In this document: piece by piece, positions 55,737-64,000 of the stretch
Numbering within the stretch: the first letter of the stretch is position 1
Layout: every line of letters starts with the position of its first letter
The notes under the pieces: generated by a model
What the model was told of the DNA's origin: nothing
Databases searched by the model: none
The model's input: only the letters and a program-made list of their open reading frames with translations
Assembly: GCA_007376145.1 (NCBI GenBank)
Contig: VMFP01000004.1
Span: 6,988 to 70,987 of the forward strand
DNA: 64,000 bases
Source: Parcubacteria group bacterium Gr01-1014_38
GTDB lineage: Bacteria > Patescibacteriota > Andersenbacteria > UBA10190 > CAIZMI01
Direction: 5' to 3'
Made by a program: the position numbers and the translations under genes

Positions 55737-57739
55737 TCCGGCGACGGTGGCACTGGTGGGGACTCGGCTGGGGCTTCGTACTTATCGCCGCAGCGGGCGC
55801 ACTCGGGCAAGGAGCCGACGGCGTTTCTGTTTCTCTCCGCATTGAAGGAAGCACGACGACCGTGTTCGAGGGCACGGTGACCGCGACGCCCTGCACCATT
55901 ACCGATACCGCGGGGAAAGAGCACGCCCTGCCCGCAGTAGCAGCCTGTGCGCTCCAGAAAGCAGCGCAAGAGCGGAAATTCGCCACAAGCTTCCAGGATT
56001 TCGGATTCGGCTTGTTCCTGAAAAAGATTGCCGGAGACGATACGCCGCCTGATTTTTCCCGATCCTGGAACTTCTGGGTGAACGACGATCCCGCCAGCGT
56101 TGGATTGGATACCTACGCGGTGACACCGAATGACCGGATTCTCCTCGCCTTTGCTCCGTATCCCGGCGTTCCGCTGCGCGTCACGGCGCCGGAGAAAGCA
56201 ATACTCGGGACTTCTCTTCCTGTCCGGGTCGAAAAGCGCGTGGGGGACTTCGACGCGCAGTTCGTCTGGCACGGACGCTGGGAGCCCGCCGCCGGCGCAA
56301 CGCTTCACGTGGGTGACGCTGCGCATCTGGTCCCGAGCGACGGCACGGTCACCCTGACGTTTCCAGAGTCAGGATCGTTCCCACTCTCCGCCGATGGATC
56401 CGGATTCGTCCGGAGCGCTCGGAGGACACTCGCCGTGGCCGCGCCCTCGCCGAGTCCCACCCCGTCTCCTTCCCCCTCCCCGACGCCAACACCAGCACCG
56501 ACGCCAACGCCGACAGCCGCGCCAAGCCCGACGCCGAGTCCGCAACCGACACCGGTGCCCGATGTCTCTCCGGAGCAGCGGCGCGAGCGCGCTCGTTCCG
56601 CGCTCCGGTATCTGCGCAGTCAGCAGCGCGACGGAGGCGACATTGACGGCGACATCGTGACCGCGTGGAGCGCGATCGCGTTCGGGGCGAATGAAGAGCG
56701 CGGCAAGACAATTCGCAGCGATCAGTCTTCCCTTCTGGACGCGCTGACACGTGGCCGACTCATCTCCGCGACAGATATCGAGCGTCACATCCTCGCGGTC
56801 CGAGCAACCGGAGCAAATCCACGCTCGTTCAACGGCAGTGATCTCCTCCAGCTCCTGCGCCAGCGCGTTCGGAACGGACAGATCGGCGAAGAAACACTGG
56901 TGAATGACGATATCTTCGGCATTCTTGCGTTCGTTGCGGCGGGGGAACCGGCAAACGATGCAGACGTTCAGAGCGCCGTGCGCACTGTCCTTCAGTACCA
57001 GGTAGGAGATGGATCGTTCGGCGGCCTTGATTTGACCGCAGCGGCGATGCAATCCCTCCACGCGTATACCGTTCGCGGCGGAAGCCAGCAGGTAAGCACC
57101 GCCCTCGACCGGGCACGCGCGCACCTCCGCTCCCGCCAGGACCGCTTCGGCGGCTTCGGAGAAAATTCTGCGACGACTGCCTGGGCACTGCAAGCACTCG
57201 TCGCAGTTGGCGAGGATCCAGCGACCTGGCGTACCACGGATGGCGCCACGCCGTGGACAGCGCTTCTCCGATACCAAAACGCGGGCGGGGGCTTCGGGTG
57301 GAAAACACGCGAGGACGTTTCGCCGTTCATGACGGCCTATGCAGTGCCGGCACTGCTTGGTGTGCCGTGGCCTGTCACACTTCTCGGCATCGAGTCCGCT
57401 TTCGCAGCTCCGGTCTCTTCCCCGACCCCAACGCCCACGGCAGCGCCGCGGCCGCGCGTCGCGGGAACCGCTGCCGGAGCGCCATCAGCAGTCACCGCGA
57501 CGGTTGCATCGCCCGCCCCGTCTCGCGCGCTGTCGTCCATGACTAACCAGTCATCCGAGACGGCAACAGCACCGACGTCCGTGCCTACCGCTGACAGCGA
57601 AATGCTCCGCACACCTCCCGGATTTGTTCCCCTCGCCTCGGTTGACCGGCAGTTCGCGCTCACGCTGTTTGGCGCTGCGAATATCGGTGTCGGGCTTTCG
57701 GTGGCACGCATCATCAGCAAACTGCGAGGCAGCCTTTAG
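55733..57739 (+). CDS. Surface protein: DUF4430-like domain plus prenyltransferase/squalene-oxidase-repeat alpha/alpha barrel
   Basis: FGLFLKKIAG...SWNFWVN...VG; QxxDGG/DGSFG/GGFG repeats; P/T linkers; C-terminal hydrophobic anchor. Confidence 0.8.
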   Translation: MIRRRWHWWGLGWGFVLIAAAGALGQGADGVSVSLRIEGSTTTVFEGTVTATPCTITDTAGKEHALPAVAACALQKAAQERKFATSFQDFGFGLFLKKIAGDDTPPDFSRSWNFWVNDDPASVGLDTYAVTPNDRILLAFAPYPGVPLRVTAPEKAILGTSLPVRVEKRVGDFDAQFVWHGRWEPAAGATLHVGDAAHLVPSDGTVTLTFPESGSFPLSADGSGFVRSARRTLAVAAPSPSPTPSPSPSPTPTPAPTPTPTAAPSPTPSPQPTPVPDVSPEQRRERARSALRYLRSQQRDGGDIDGDIVTAWSAIAFGANEERGKTIRSDQSSLLDALTRGRLISATDIERHILAVRATGANPRSFNGSDLLQLLRQRVRNGQIGEETLVNDDIFGILAFVAAGEPANDADVQSAVRTVLQYQVGDGSFGGLDLTAAAMQSLHAYTVRGGSQQVSTALDRARAHLRSRQDRFGGFGENSATTAWALQALVAVGEDPATWRTTDGATPWTALLRYQNAGGGFGWKTREDVSPFMTAYAVPALLGVPWPVTLLGIESAFAAPVSSPTPTPTAAPRPRVAGTAAGAPSAVTATVASPAPSRALSSMTNQSSETATAPTSVPTADSEMLRTPPGFVPLASVDRQFALTLFGAANIGVGLSVARIISKLRGSL

Positions 57740-57749
57740 CCTTCTGCGC

Positions 57750-58307
57750 ATGAAGCGTATCGCCGGGGGAACAATCGTGGTGTTGAGTCTCATTCTTCTC
57801 TCGGCCGCGGCTCGGCTGTTTCCACATCCGGCAAACGTTTCACCAATCGCGGCGATTGCGCTCCTCGGGGGAGCGTCACTGCATCTTCCCTGGGCGCTTG
57901 CTGCACCTGGCGCGGCGATGCTCTTGTCAGACCTCGTGATCGGGTTCGACCGCCTTCCGATTACGCTCTCCGTGTACGGATCATTCTTCGCAAGCGTTTT
58001 CCTCGGGCGGTGGCTCCGCGGTCGGTCCAGCCCGTGGCGCACGCTCGGCACCGCGCTTGCAAGTTCCATCCTGTTTTACCTCGTCACGAATGCGGCGGTG
58101 TGGTGGTTCTCGGGACTGTACGCGCAGACCTTCGATGGCTTGATGCTTTCCTACTTCTACGCCATCCCTTTCTTCCGCCACACGCTGCTGGGCGACCTTG
58201 GGTACACCGTGGCGCTCTTCTGGGCGTACGAGTACGCTCCGCGCCTTGCCATCTTCTCATTCCGCCACCAACAGAGTCCGTCGCGTCAGCACGTGTCTGT
58301 GAGGTGA
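57750..58307 (+). CDS. ECF S-component-like membrane protein (DUF6580/BtuM-like), putative cobalamin uptake
   Basis: RLFPHPANVSPIAAIALLGG, LSDLVIG, FYLVTNAAVW, GL..SY..AIPFF. Confidence 0.78.
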   Translation: MKRIAGGTIVVLSLILLSAAARLFPHPANVSPIAAIALLGGASLHLPWALAAPGAAMLLSDLVIGFDRLPITLSVYGSFFASVFLGRWLRGRSSPWRTLGTALASSILFYLVTNAAVWWFSGLYAQTFDGLMLSYFYAIPFFRHTLLGDLGYTVALFWAYEYAPRLAIFSFRHQQSPSRQHVSVR

Positions 58308-58325
58308 AACGCTCCATCCAGGCAG

Positions 58326-58354
58326 ACGGAATGGCTGGCCTGTTCCGTTTTTTT
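58326..58354 (+). terminator. Terminator of the cobalamin operon
   Basis: acggaa...ttccgt followed by a T-run. Confidence 0.55.
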
Positions 58355-58378
58355 CGCCCTGTGGTACAGTCTCCTGTC

Positions 58379-59410
58379 ATGCATCGAACAGGGGTCGCAG
58401 ACCAACCGCTCCCATCTTCGCTTGAGCGGGTGCACCAGGGCGTTCTGCGGGTACTGCACGACGTCCGTCTGCCCTCCCGGCCGACATTTTCTGAACTCCT
58501 ACGAAAAGAATGGAGTCCCGTCCCGCCCGTTGAACTCTCCGCATCCGCGCTCCACGAGGAGGAGATGAATCGCTTGTATGAACTTCGCGCCCAGCTCCTG
58601 GACTGGACAGTGGAAACCGGTTTCCTGGGGTTCTTCGATGAGAACGCCGGCCGACGATATATTTACACGCGCCGACTCGAGGTTTTTGAGGAAGTACTTC
58701 CCGATCTCCGTGGAAAGCGTGTTCTCGAGATTGGGTGCGCGGCAGGGATCGTTGCCGCCCTTCTCGCTCCATCCTGCCAAGAGTTTATCGGCATTGACGT
58801 CACGGAAACGGCGGTGCAGTTTGCTCGTCAGCTCCACCGGGAGCTTGGCATCTTCAACAGCCGGTTTTTCGTTGCCGATGCCCACGCGCTCCCATTTCCA
58901 GACCGACGGTTTGATGTTCTCGCGAGTACGGAGACATTTGAACATCTCCTCCACCCCGCGAAGGCGCTGGAAGAATTCCACCGCGTGCTCGTGCCGGGAG
59001 GAAGTATTACCCTCACAACCACGACAGCGCTCACACCCTCCGATCTTGCCGTGAAGCTCATTCGGCTCTTTAAGCGAGATTTTTACGTTGATACCGAGGA
59101 GCAATTCGACAAAAAGGCGTACCTGGCTGCCCAGGAGAAAGGCCTCGCGGTCCCTCCAGAGGTCTTCCGACGCGTGCATCGCCGATTTGGATACGCGAAT
59201 CTCGTTCGTCTCTTCCAGCGTCAGGGATTTTCTGTTGAGCGTGCGAAAGGCGCGGTCCTCGCCTTCCCGCCCGTCTACCTTGCCGTCTATCAGTTTTTTC
59301 CGCAGTCGCTGCTCCCTGTGGTACGGTGGGGAGAAGAACTCTTAAATGAGCTGGGCATTTTCAAGCGCTTTGGCTCGGTTACGACAGGGTTTCACCTCCG
59401 GCGTCTCTAA
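58379..59410 (+). CDS. Class I SAM-dependent methyltransferase (UbiG/Methyltransf_11-like)
   Basis: VLEIGCAAG, ADAHALPF, ETFEHL, RVLVPGG; TGgTACAGT -10 box 8 nt before the ATG. Confidence 0.88.
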   Translation: MHRTGVADQPLPSSLERVHQGVLRVLHDVRLPSRPTFSELLRKEWSPVPPVELSASALHEEEMNRLYELRAQLLDWTVETGFLGFFDENAGRRYIYTRRLEVFEEVLPDLRGKRVLEIGCAAGIVAALLAPSCQEFIGIDVTETAVQFARQLHRELGIFNSRFFVADAHALPFPDRRFDVLASTETFEHLLHPAKALEEFHRVLVPGGSITLTTTTALTPSDLAVKLIRLFKRDFYVDTEEQFDKKAYLAAQEKGLAVPPEVFRRVHRRFGYANLVRLFQRQGFSVERAKGAVLAFPPVYLAVYQFFPQSLLPVVRWGEELLNELGIFKRFGSVTTGFHLRRL

Positions 59411-59462
59411 CCGCATCAAGAAGAGTCGCGAGCGACGCGGACCGCTCCGCCGCGCGCTCTTC

Positions 59463-61001
59463 ATGGTGGTGTTCCCCCACCTTGGTCTCATCGGTGTTTT
59501 GGCGGTCGCCCTCGCTGCTCGCCTGATCTACCTCCGTTGGTTCAAGACCTTCCCACCGGGCGACGTTTTCAATTTCATCACGATCGCGCAAGGAATCCCT
59601 CAAGGAATCTATTCGGCAGACGAACGACGGCTTCCGTTTTATCCCTTGCTGATCCTCATGGCGCACACGGTACTCGAATGGGAATATGCCGGACTTGTTG
59701 TCGCCGTTGCCGCATCACTCGCCGGGCTTCTGGCCCTCTATACGCTGGGGCGGACACTGGGGTTTTCGAAAACCGCGCTCGTCGCCCTTCTGCTGGTCCT
59801 TCAGACGCATCCGCAGTTGATGACCGCGACTCGGGGGTATGCGGACACGACCTTGTTCGCGCTTCTTCCCGCCACATTGCTCGCACTGTTCCGTGCACGA
59901 ACCTGGAAAGGTGTGGTACTCGTTGGCGTGCTTTGCGGCGCGATGGCGCTGACTCGCTACGAGGGTCTGGCCGCTGCCGCGGTGCTTCTTCCGCTGTGGT
60001 TTCTGTTCCCGGTGGGACGCCCACGACGGTACGCCGCAATTGCCGTCCTGGTATGGATTCTTTCGCTTACCCCATACCTGCTCATTTCCGCCGCGAATAA
60101 CCGACCTCCGTTCGGCGTAGGCTACGTCGCGGACATCGAAGGACCGGAGGGCTACGGGTCCGCGAATTTCCGAGAATTCTGGGACAGCGGACGCACGATC
60201 TGGCAGCGGAACGGGCTGTTCGGCGCGTGGAAAATTCCATACGCGATCGCACGTGAGATTGCGGAAGACCCGTTTGCAACGCCGCGCATCCTTGCGGCGC
60301 GGCTCACCGCGCCGGGGGAGCCGTTGGCGCTTTTCGCGCTCCTCGGAGCACTGGTTCTTCTCCGCCGACGATGGCCGGTTCTCCTCTTTCTCCTTGCGGC
60401 TACGGCCGCAGCGAGCGCTCCGCCCGCGTGGTTCAACCCACTAAGACGGTATGATATCGTCGTCCTTCCGCTTCTCTTCCTTCTCGCGGCGAGCGGAGTA
60501 AGCGCCATCCAGAGCCTTCTGGAACGCGGTACGGCGTTCGGCGGCAGCGCCGGAAGAGCGATACGCTGGCTTGCCGGATTCGCCTTCGCTACGGTGGCGG
60601 CAGGATTCTGGACCGCGACCTACGCAGAGGAAGTCCGAAACCGCCAACTGAAGCACAACGGACGAGAGTATGCCTACTACCAGGCGATCCACGCCGCTCG
60701 TGCGCTCCAAGGCAAGATCCTCTTTGAGCGCGCGGGGATAACCGCCGAGTTTTATTTTGGTGCACGAGGAGTGTACCTCCTCGATCAGTTTATCCGCGCT
60801 GGCGTACCGCCCCAGGAAATTCTGCCCCGACTCCGGGTCGAAGGGGTACGGTACGCGGTTGTCTCTGAATCTCACGCGAAAGCATTTCCATTCCTTGATG
60901 GTCCCTCCGTGCGGGAAGTGTCTCTCTTCGAATGGCCGCGCCCAGGAGGCGATATCAGCCGCGCAACAATTTATGAGATTCTCATTGCCGAGAACCGCTA
61001 G
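59463..61001 (+). CDS. GT-C (ArnT/PMT-like) membrane glycosyltransferase
   Basis: GD in the first loop, RLPFYPLL, ADTTLF, ALTRYEG, RRY. Confidence 0.75.
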   Translation: MVVFPHLGLIGVLAVALAARLIYLRWFKTFPPGDVFNFITIAQGIPQGIYSADERRLPFYPLLILMAHTVLEWEYAGLVVAVAASLAGLLALYTLGRTLGFSKTALVALLLVLQTHPQLMTATRGYADTTLFALLPATLLALFRARTWKGVVLVGVLCGAMALTRYEGLAAAAVLLPLWFLFPVGRPRRYAAIAVLVWILSLTPYLLISAANNRPPFGVGYVADIEGPEGYGSANFREFWDSGRTIWQRNGLFGAWKIPYAIAREIAEDPFATPRILAARLTAPGEPLALFALLGALVLLRRRWPVLLFLLAATAAASAPPAWFNPLRRYDIVVLPLLFLLAASGVSAIQSLLERGTAFGGSAGRAIRWLAGFAFATVAAGFWTATYAEEVRNRQLKHNGREYAYYQAIHAARALQGKILFERAGITAEFYFGARGVYLLDQFIRAGVPPQEILPRLRVEGVRYAVVSESHAKAFPFLDGPSVREVSLFEWPRPGGDISRATIYEILIAENR

Positions 61002-63486
61002 CGAACGCTTCTCGCCACAATCGTACCCCGAACACAACCGCAAATGCGAGTGGGAGCACTCCGGCGAGGAGTAGATGGAGAGGCGCGTACTGCACGCGCA
61101 GCGAAAACGGACCCTTCGATACTGGGATCGCGGAAAACATGAGATCGGCGCGGAGAACAGGAGCAGAGTTGTTGTTTATCCACGCACGGAAACCAGGATA
61201 GAAGAGTTGAGAGAGCACAATCACGCCGTCACGAGGAGCCGTGCCCGCGATGTTCCATGCGCCCGGATGCGTGGACTGGGCAACTATTTTGCTACGCTCC
61301 ACCGGCCCTTCTCGCCGAGGATACGCAGTGAAGAACGCGTTGCGCGCCGATACGCCCTCGGGCCCCGCGGGAATCGGCGGAAACGCGAAATTGGCGATAC
61401 GGGATGTTTTTGCCGACGGGTACACAAGCGCGATTTTTCGCGGATGAAAGGCAGGAATGCTACCGCCAAGCAATTCGGTAACGACGCGCTCCGCATCCGC
61501 CTCGCTCCCATCAAGCAGGACGGGGTCTGCAAAAAACGCGTATGGCGCGGCGGACGGAAGCGTGTGGATGCGCACGATACGATCCCACTCCTCCTTCCAT
61601 GCGCCGCCATTGACGGCATGCGCAAGGAAATTTCCGGAAATTTCGGAGTTGCCCGGCATTGGCTCCCACAGAATCTCTTTTTCCAGCGGAAGATCCAGGC
61701 GCCGCGTCGTGACGACGTGCGTTGCGTGCGCAAGTTCGAGCAGCGTGCGCGCGAACACGGAAAATGTTCCACTCCACTCGCTCCACACACGAGCGAACGG
61801 CACCGCAACACTTCCCGGCATACCCCAAGCGAGTTCCGGCACGCCCACAACCTCCAATCCGGCGTGCGCGATGGCATCGTCAAAGCAGGGAGAAGGCCAC
61901 CGTCCATGATCGCCGATGCAGAACACGCGTCCGACATCCCCGTAGTCGCGCATGCGCGATGCAAGATACGCAATGTGCGGAAGACGACGCATATTTTCAA
62001 ACGTTTGGGTAGGTATAGAAAACCGGAGCGTCGGCTGGACGTTCGGATCATCGCTGCGGATGCCGCGAATAATGCCGGTGACACCCCAGAGCATCTCTGC
62101 GCCAAGCAGCATGCAGATGGTTGCCGTTGTCAGCAAAGCGGGCATGCGAGAAACCGTGGTAGGCGGCGACGGAAGTCGCGATGCGACGAACCTCCGCGCC
62201 TGATGCGCCATGCGGATCACCCATGCGGTGCCGATTGCGGAAAACAGCGCGCACGAGAAGAGCATCAGCACACCAAGCACGGGCCAATTCCCGGAAGGCG
62301 CCCAAAGCGGATGCAGCCGATGCAACGGACCGTAGGCAATGCCATGCGTGGCGACGTTGGCGAGAAATACGACAAGAACAAGATGCGCGCCGGGCCGGAC
62401 GGCATGTCGGAGCGTGCGTCGTTTGAGCGCAATCACGGCTCCAAGAAGCGCGAGAACAACGACGGCATCGCCGGGACTGAATGGAACACCGAAATGCGCC
62501 ACGGGTCCCTGCCTGGAAACAAACATGCGGCCCAGATCGTTCGGAAGCAGCGTGCGGAGAAACTCGCGCGCCGTAAGATCACGATCCCGCCATCCGTAAA
62601 TGCGGCCAAGACCGAATCGTGATCCCCCGGATTGCTGCGCAAAAAACTCCGACGCGGCAAGGTGCTCGGGCGCGGCGGTAAGAAATACCGACGCGACAAT
62701 AAGCGCGCCACCCGCGCAGATGCGACCGACCATGTTCCACTGCCGACGCAGTAACGCGCCGGCACAGGCCGCAACAAGAAACCAGACGACCACAAGCGTC
62801 ATCTGCGCAAACACCGTCGGCATGCTGATCGCCATAAACGCAAGAGGAATGCCGGCTGCCAGCGCGTCGGTGAACCGCATCGTGCGCAAAAAGCGGAGAA
62901 GCAATCCCCACGCAAGCGGAATCCACGCAAACCCGAAAACATAAATCGCGTGCACTTCGGGACTCAAGCGCCGGAACACCCACGGATTCCACACGAGCGC
63001 CACGCATCCGATCAGCACAGCAACGCGAGCAATACCCAACTCGCGCAACACCAGCGCGAGCGTCGCGGCCGCAAACGAGAGATGTACGAGCAGAAGAATG
63101 TTCACGCCGATATCCATGTCGCGAAACAACAGCAGCACGGATGTGAGTGGACTGAAGTATGCCGTGTAGGGATGCGCGAGCGCGGGGAGCCCGAGACTCA
63201 AATTCGAAAGCCACAACGGCGCGTGATGGGCGCGAAGAATGCTCACCCGGTAGAGCTCGAACCACGGTTTCGTCGTGATGTGGATGACCGCCTGCTGGAA
63301 TGTCTCCGTCAACGGAGAAAACAGTATGAGCATCAAGCCCCATGTCAGCGCGCCAATCAGAAGAAAAAAGGGCCACTCACGACGAATGCGCTCGCGAAAT
63401 GGTGCAAGCGCACATGCAAGCAGTACCCACGGCACCACCACCATGATGCCGAGGAACAGCCGATCAAGAACACTCGCGATCATCAT
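60982..63486 (-). CDS. YfhO-like GT-C membrane protein
   Basis: PLW...LGLPALA.P..AYFSPL, and C-terminal LSQLFYPGFRAWIN...F.AIPV..G...V.Y.P. Confidence 0.78.
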   Translation of the reverse strand: MMIASVLDRLFLGIMVVVPWVLLACALAPFRERIRREWPFFLLIGALTWGLMLILFSPLTETFQQAVIHITTKPWFELYRVSILRAHHAPLWLSNLSLGLPALAHPYTAYFSPLTSVLLLFRDMDIGVNILLLVHLSFAAATLALVLRELGIARVAVLIGCVALVWNPWVFRRLSPEVHAIYVFGFAWIPLAWGLLLRFLRTMRFTDALAAGIPLAFMAISMPTVFAQMTLVVVWFLVAACAGALLRRQWNMVGRICAGGALIVASVFLTAAPEHLAASEFFAQQSGGSRFGLGRIYGWRDRDLTAREFLRTLLPNDLGRMFVSRQGPVAHFGVPFSPGDAVVVLALLGAVIALKRRTLRHAVRPGAHLVLVVFLANVATHGIAYGPLHRLHPLWAPSGNWPVLGVLMLFSCALFSAIGTAWVIRMAHQARRFVASRLPSPPTTVSRMPALLTTATICMLLGAEMLWGVTGIIRGIRSDDPNVQPTLRFSIPTQTFENMRRLPHIAYLASRMRDYGDVGRVFCIGDHGRWPSPCFDDAIAHAGLEVVGVPELAWGMPGSVAVPFARVWSEWSGTFSVFARTLLELAHATHVVTTRRLDLPLEKEILWEPMPGNSEISGNFLAHAVNGGAWKEEWDRIVRIHTLPSAAPYAFFADPVLLDGSEADAERVVTELLGGSIPAFHPRKIALVYPSAKTSRIANFAFPPIPAGPEGVSARNAFFTAYPRREGPVERSKIVAQSTHPGAWNIAGTAPRDGVIVLSQLFYPGFRAWINNNSAPVLRADLMFSAIPVSKGPFSLRVQYAPLHLLLAGVLPLAFAVVFGVRLWREAFASGSRQ

Positions 63487-63491
63487 GCGCG

Positions 63492-63968
63492 CTACTGTTT
63501 CTGCCGATCCCAGTCGAGCCGTAGGACAACGGTACGTTCTTCTGTTTCCCCGTTCAGTCCGTGCCGGGCGGCGTAGACACGTTCTTCCGTAACAACACCG
63601 CGCAGACGCAGCACGTCCGCAAGCTGCTTCATCAATTCTGAGTCGTCCACAATCACCCAGACAGGCCGGCGATCGGCAAGAGAGACGGCAATCTGCTGCG
63701 GGTCAGTGTTCGGATAACCAAATTCAAGAAAAATGGCGCGGAAATTCGTGAGCGACGGGAGACGAAAGACGGCGAGCGCCATGGGATAATCTTTCCGCAA
63801 GACGACGTCGCCGGATTCTCGCGCAAGCGCCCACGTGGCCTGGTACAGAGCGTAGCCGTTCCCTTGATACGAGAACACCCGGCCAACTGCGCCCGCGTAC
63901 AATCCCGAGAATTCTTCTCGTACTAAGAGCACGAGAAGCGCGAGCGTTAGAGCCGTCGATTTTCGCAT
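63492..63968 (-). CDS. Hypothetical exported or membrane-anchored protein
   Basis: ATG 63968 preceded by TATACT; N-terminal hydrophobic segment. Confidence 0.6.
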   Translation of the reverse strand: MRKSTALTLALLVLLVREEFSGLYAGAVGRVFSYQGNGYALYQATWALARESGDVVLRKDYPMALAVFRLPSLTNFRAIFLEFGYPNTDPQQIAVSLADRRPVWVIVDDSELMKQLADVLRLRGVVTEERVYAARHGLNGETEERTVVLRLDWDRQKQ

Positions 63969-64000
63969 AGCGCAGTAGAGTATAGCAAAGCGCACTCCTT

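Noticed and set aside
56440-56560. Tandem DNA repeat or contingency locus
   Set aside because: It is a codon-level Pro/Ser/Thr linker with varied codons, ordinary for surface proteins.

Overview
GC-rich bacterial chromosome segment whose gene content points to a Patescibacteria/CPR (Parcubacteria-like) organism using the standard genetic code. This taxonomic call is an inference from a C-Ala-less AlaS, an FtsA-like plus baseplate-J-like pair, a VirD4-like ATPase with a CxxC-x17-CxxC tail, a sigma70-r4/HARE-HTH protein and many leaderless-type promoters. From left to right: (1) an AT-richer DNA methyltransferase plus PLD-nuclease pair abutting rpsI; (2) a stand-alone infA-rpmJ-rpsM-rpsK-rpsD-rpoA-rplQ-rplM-rpsI operon; (3) alaS and CPR-typical genes; (4) a dcw/scpAB cluster; (5) about 36 kb of surface glycosylation genes (5 GT2, 5 GT4, 2 flippases, an O-antigen ligase-like protein, 4 GT-C-like proteins) interrupted by small accessory cassettes; (6) a cobalamin-riboswitch-led operon of transcobalamin-like surface proteins plus an S-component. 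The most notable non-obvious signals are: three copies of the promoter and first codons of one glycosyltransferase bracketing accessory cassettes (33173-35730); a NYN RNase with a convergent promoter plus hairpin that would make a ~42 nt RNA; a promoter-boxA-three-way-junction-terminator ncRNA candidate (44.7-44.9 kb); a MITE inserted in a start codon; a TrpR-like gene framed by twin palindromes; and recurrent boxA-like leaders on accessory genes. All calls were made by eye; no database searches or folding programs were run.
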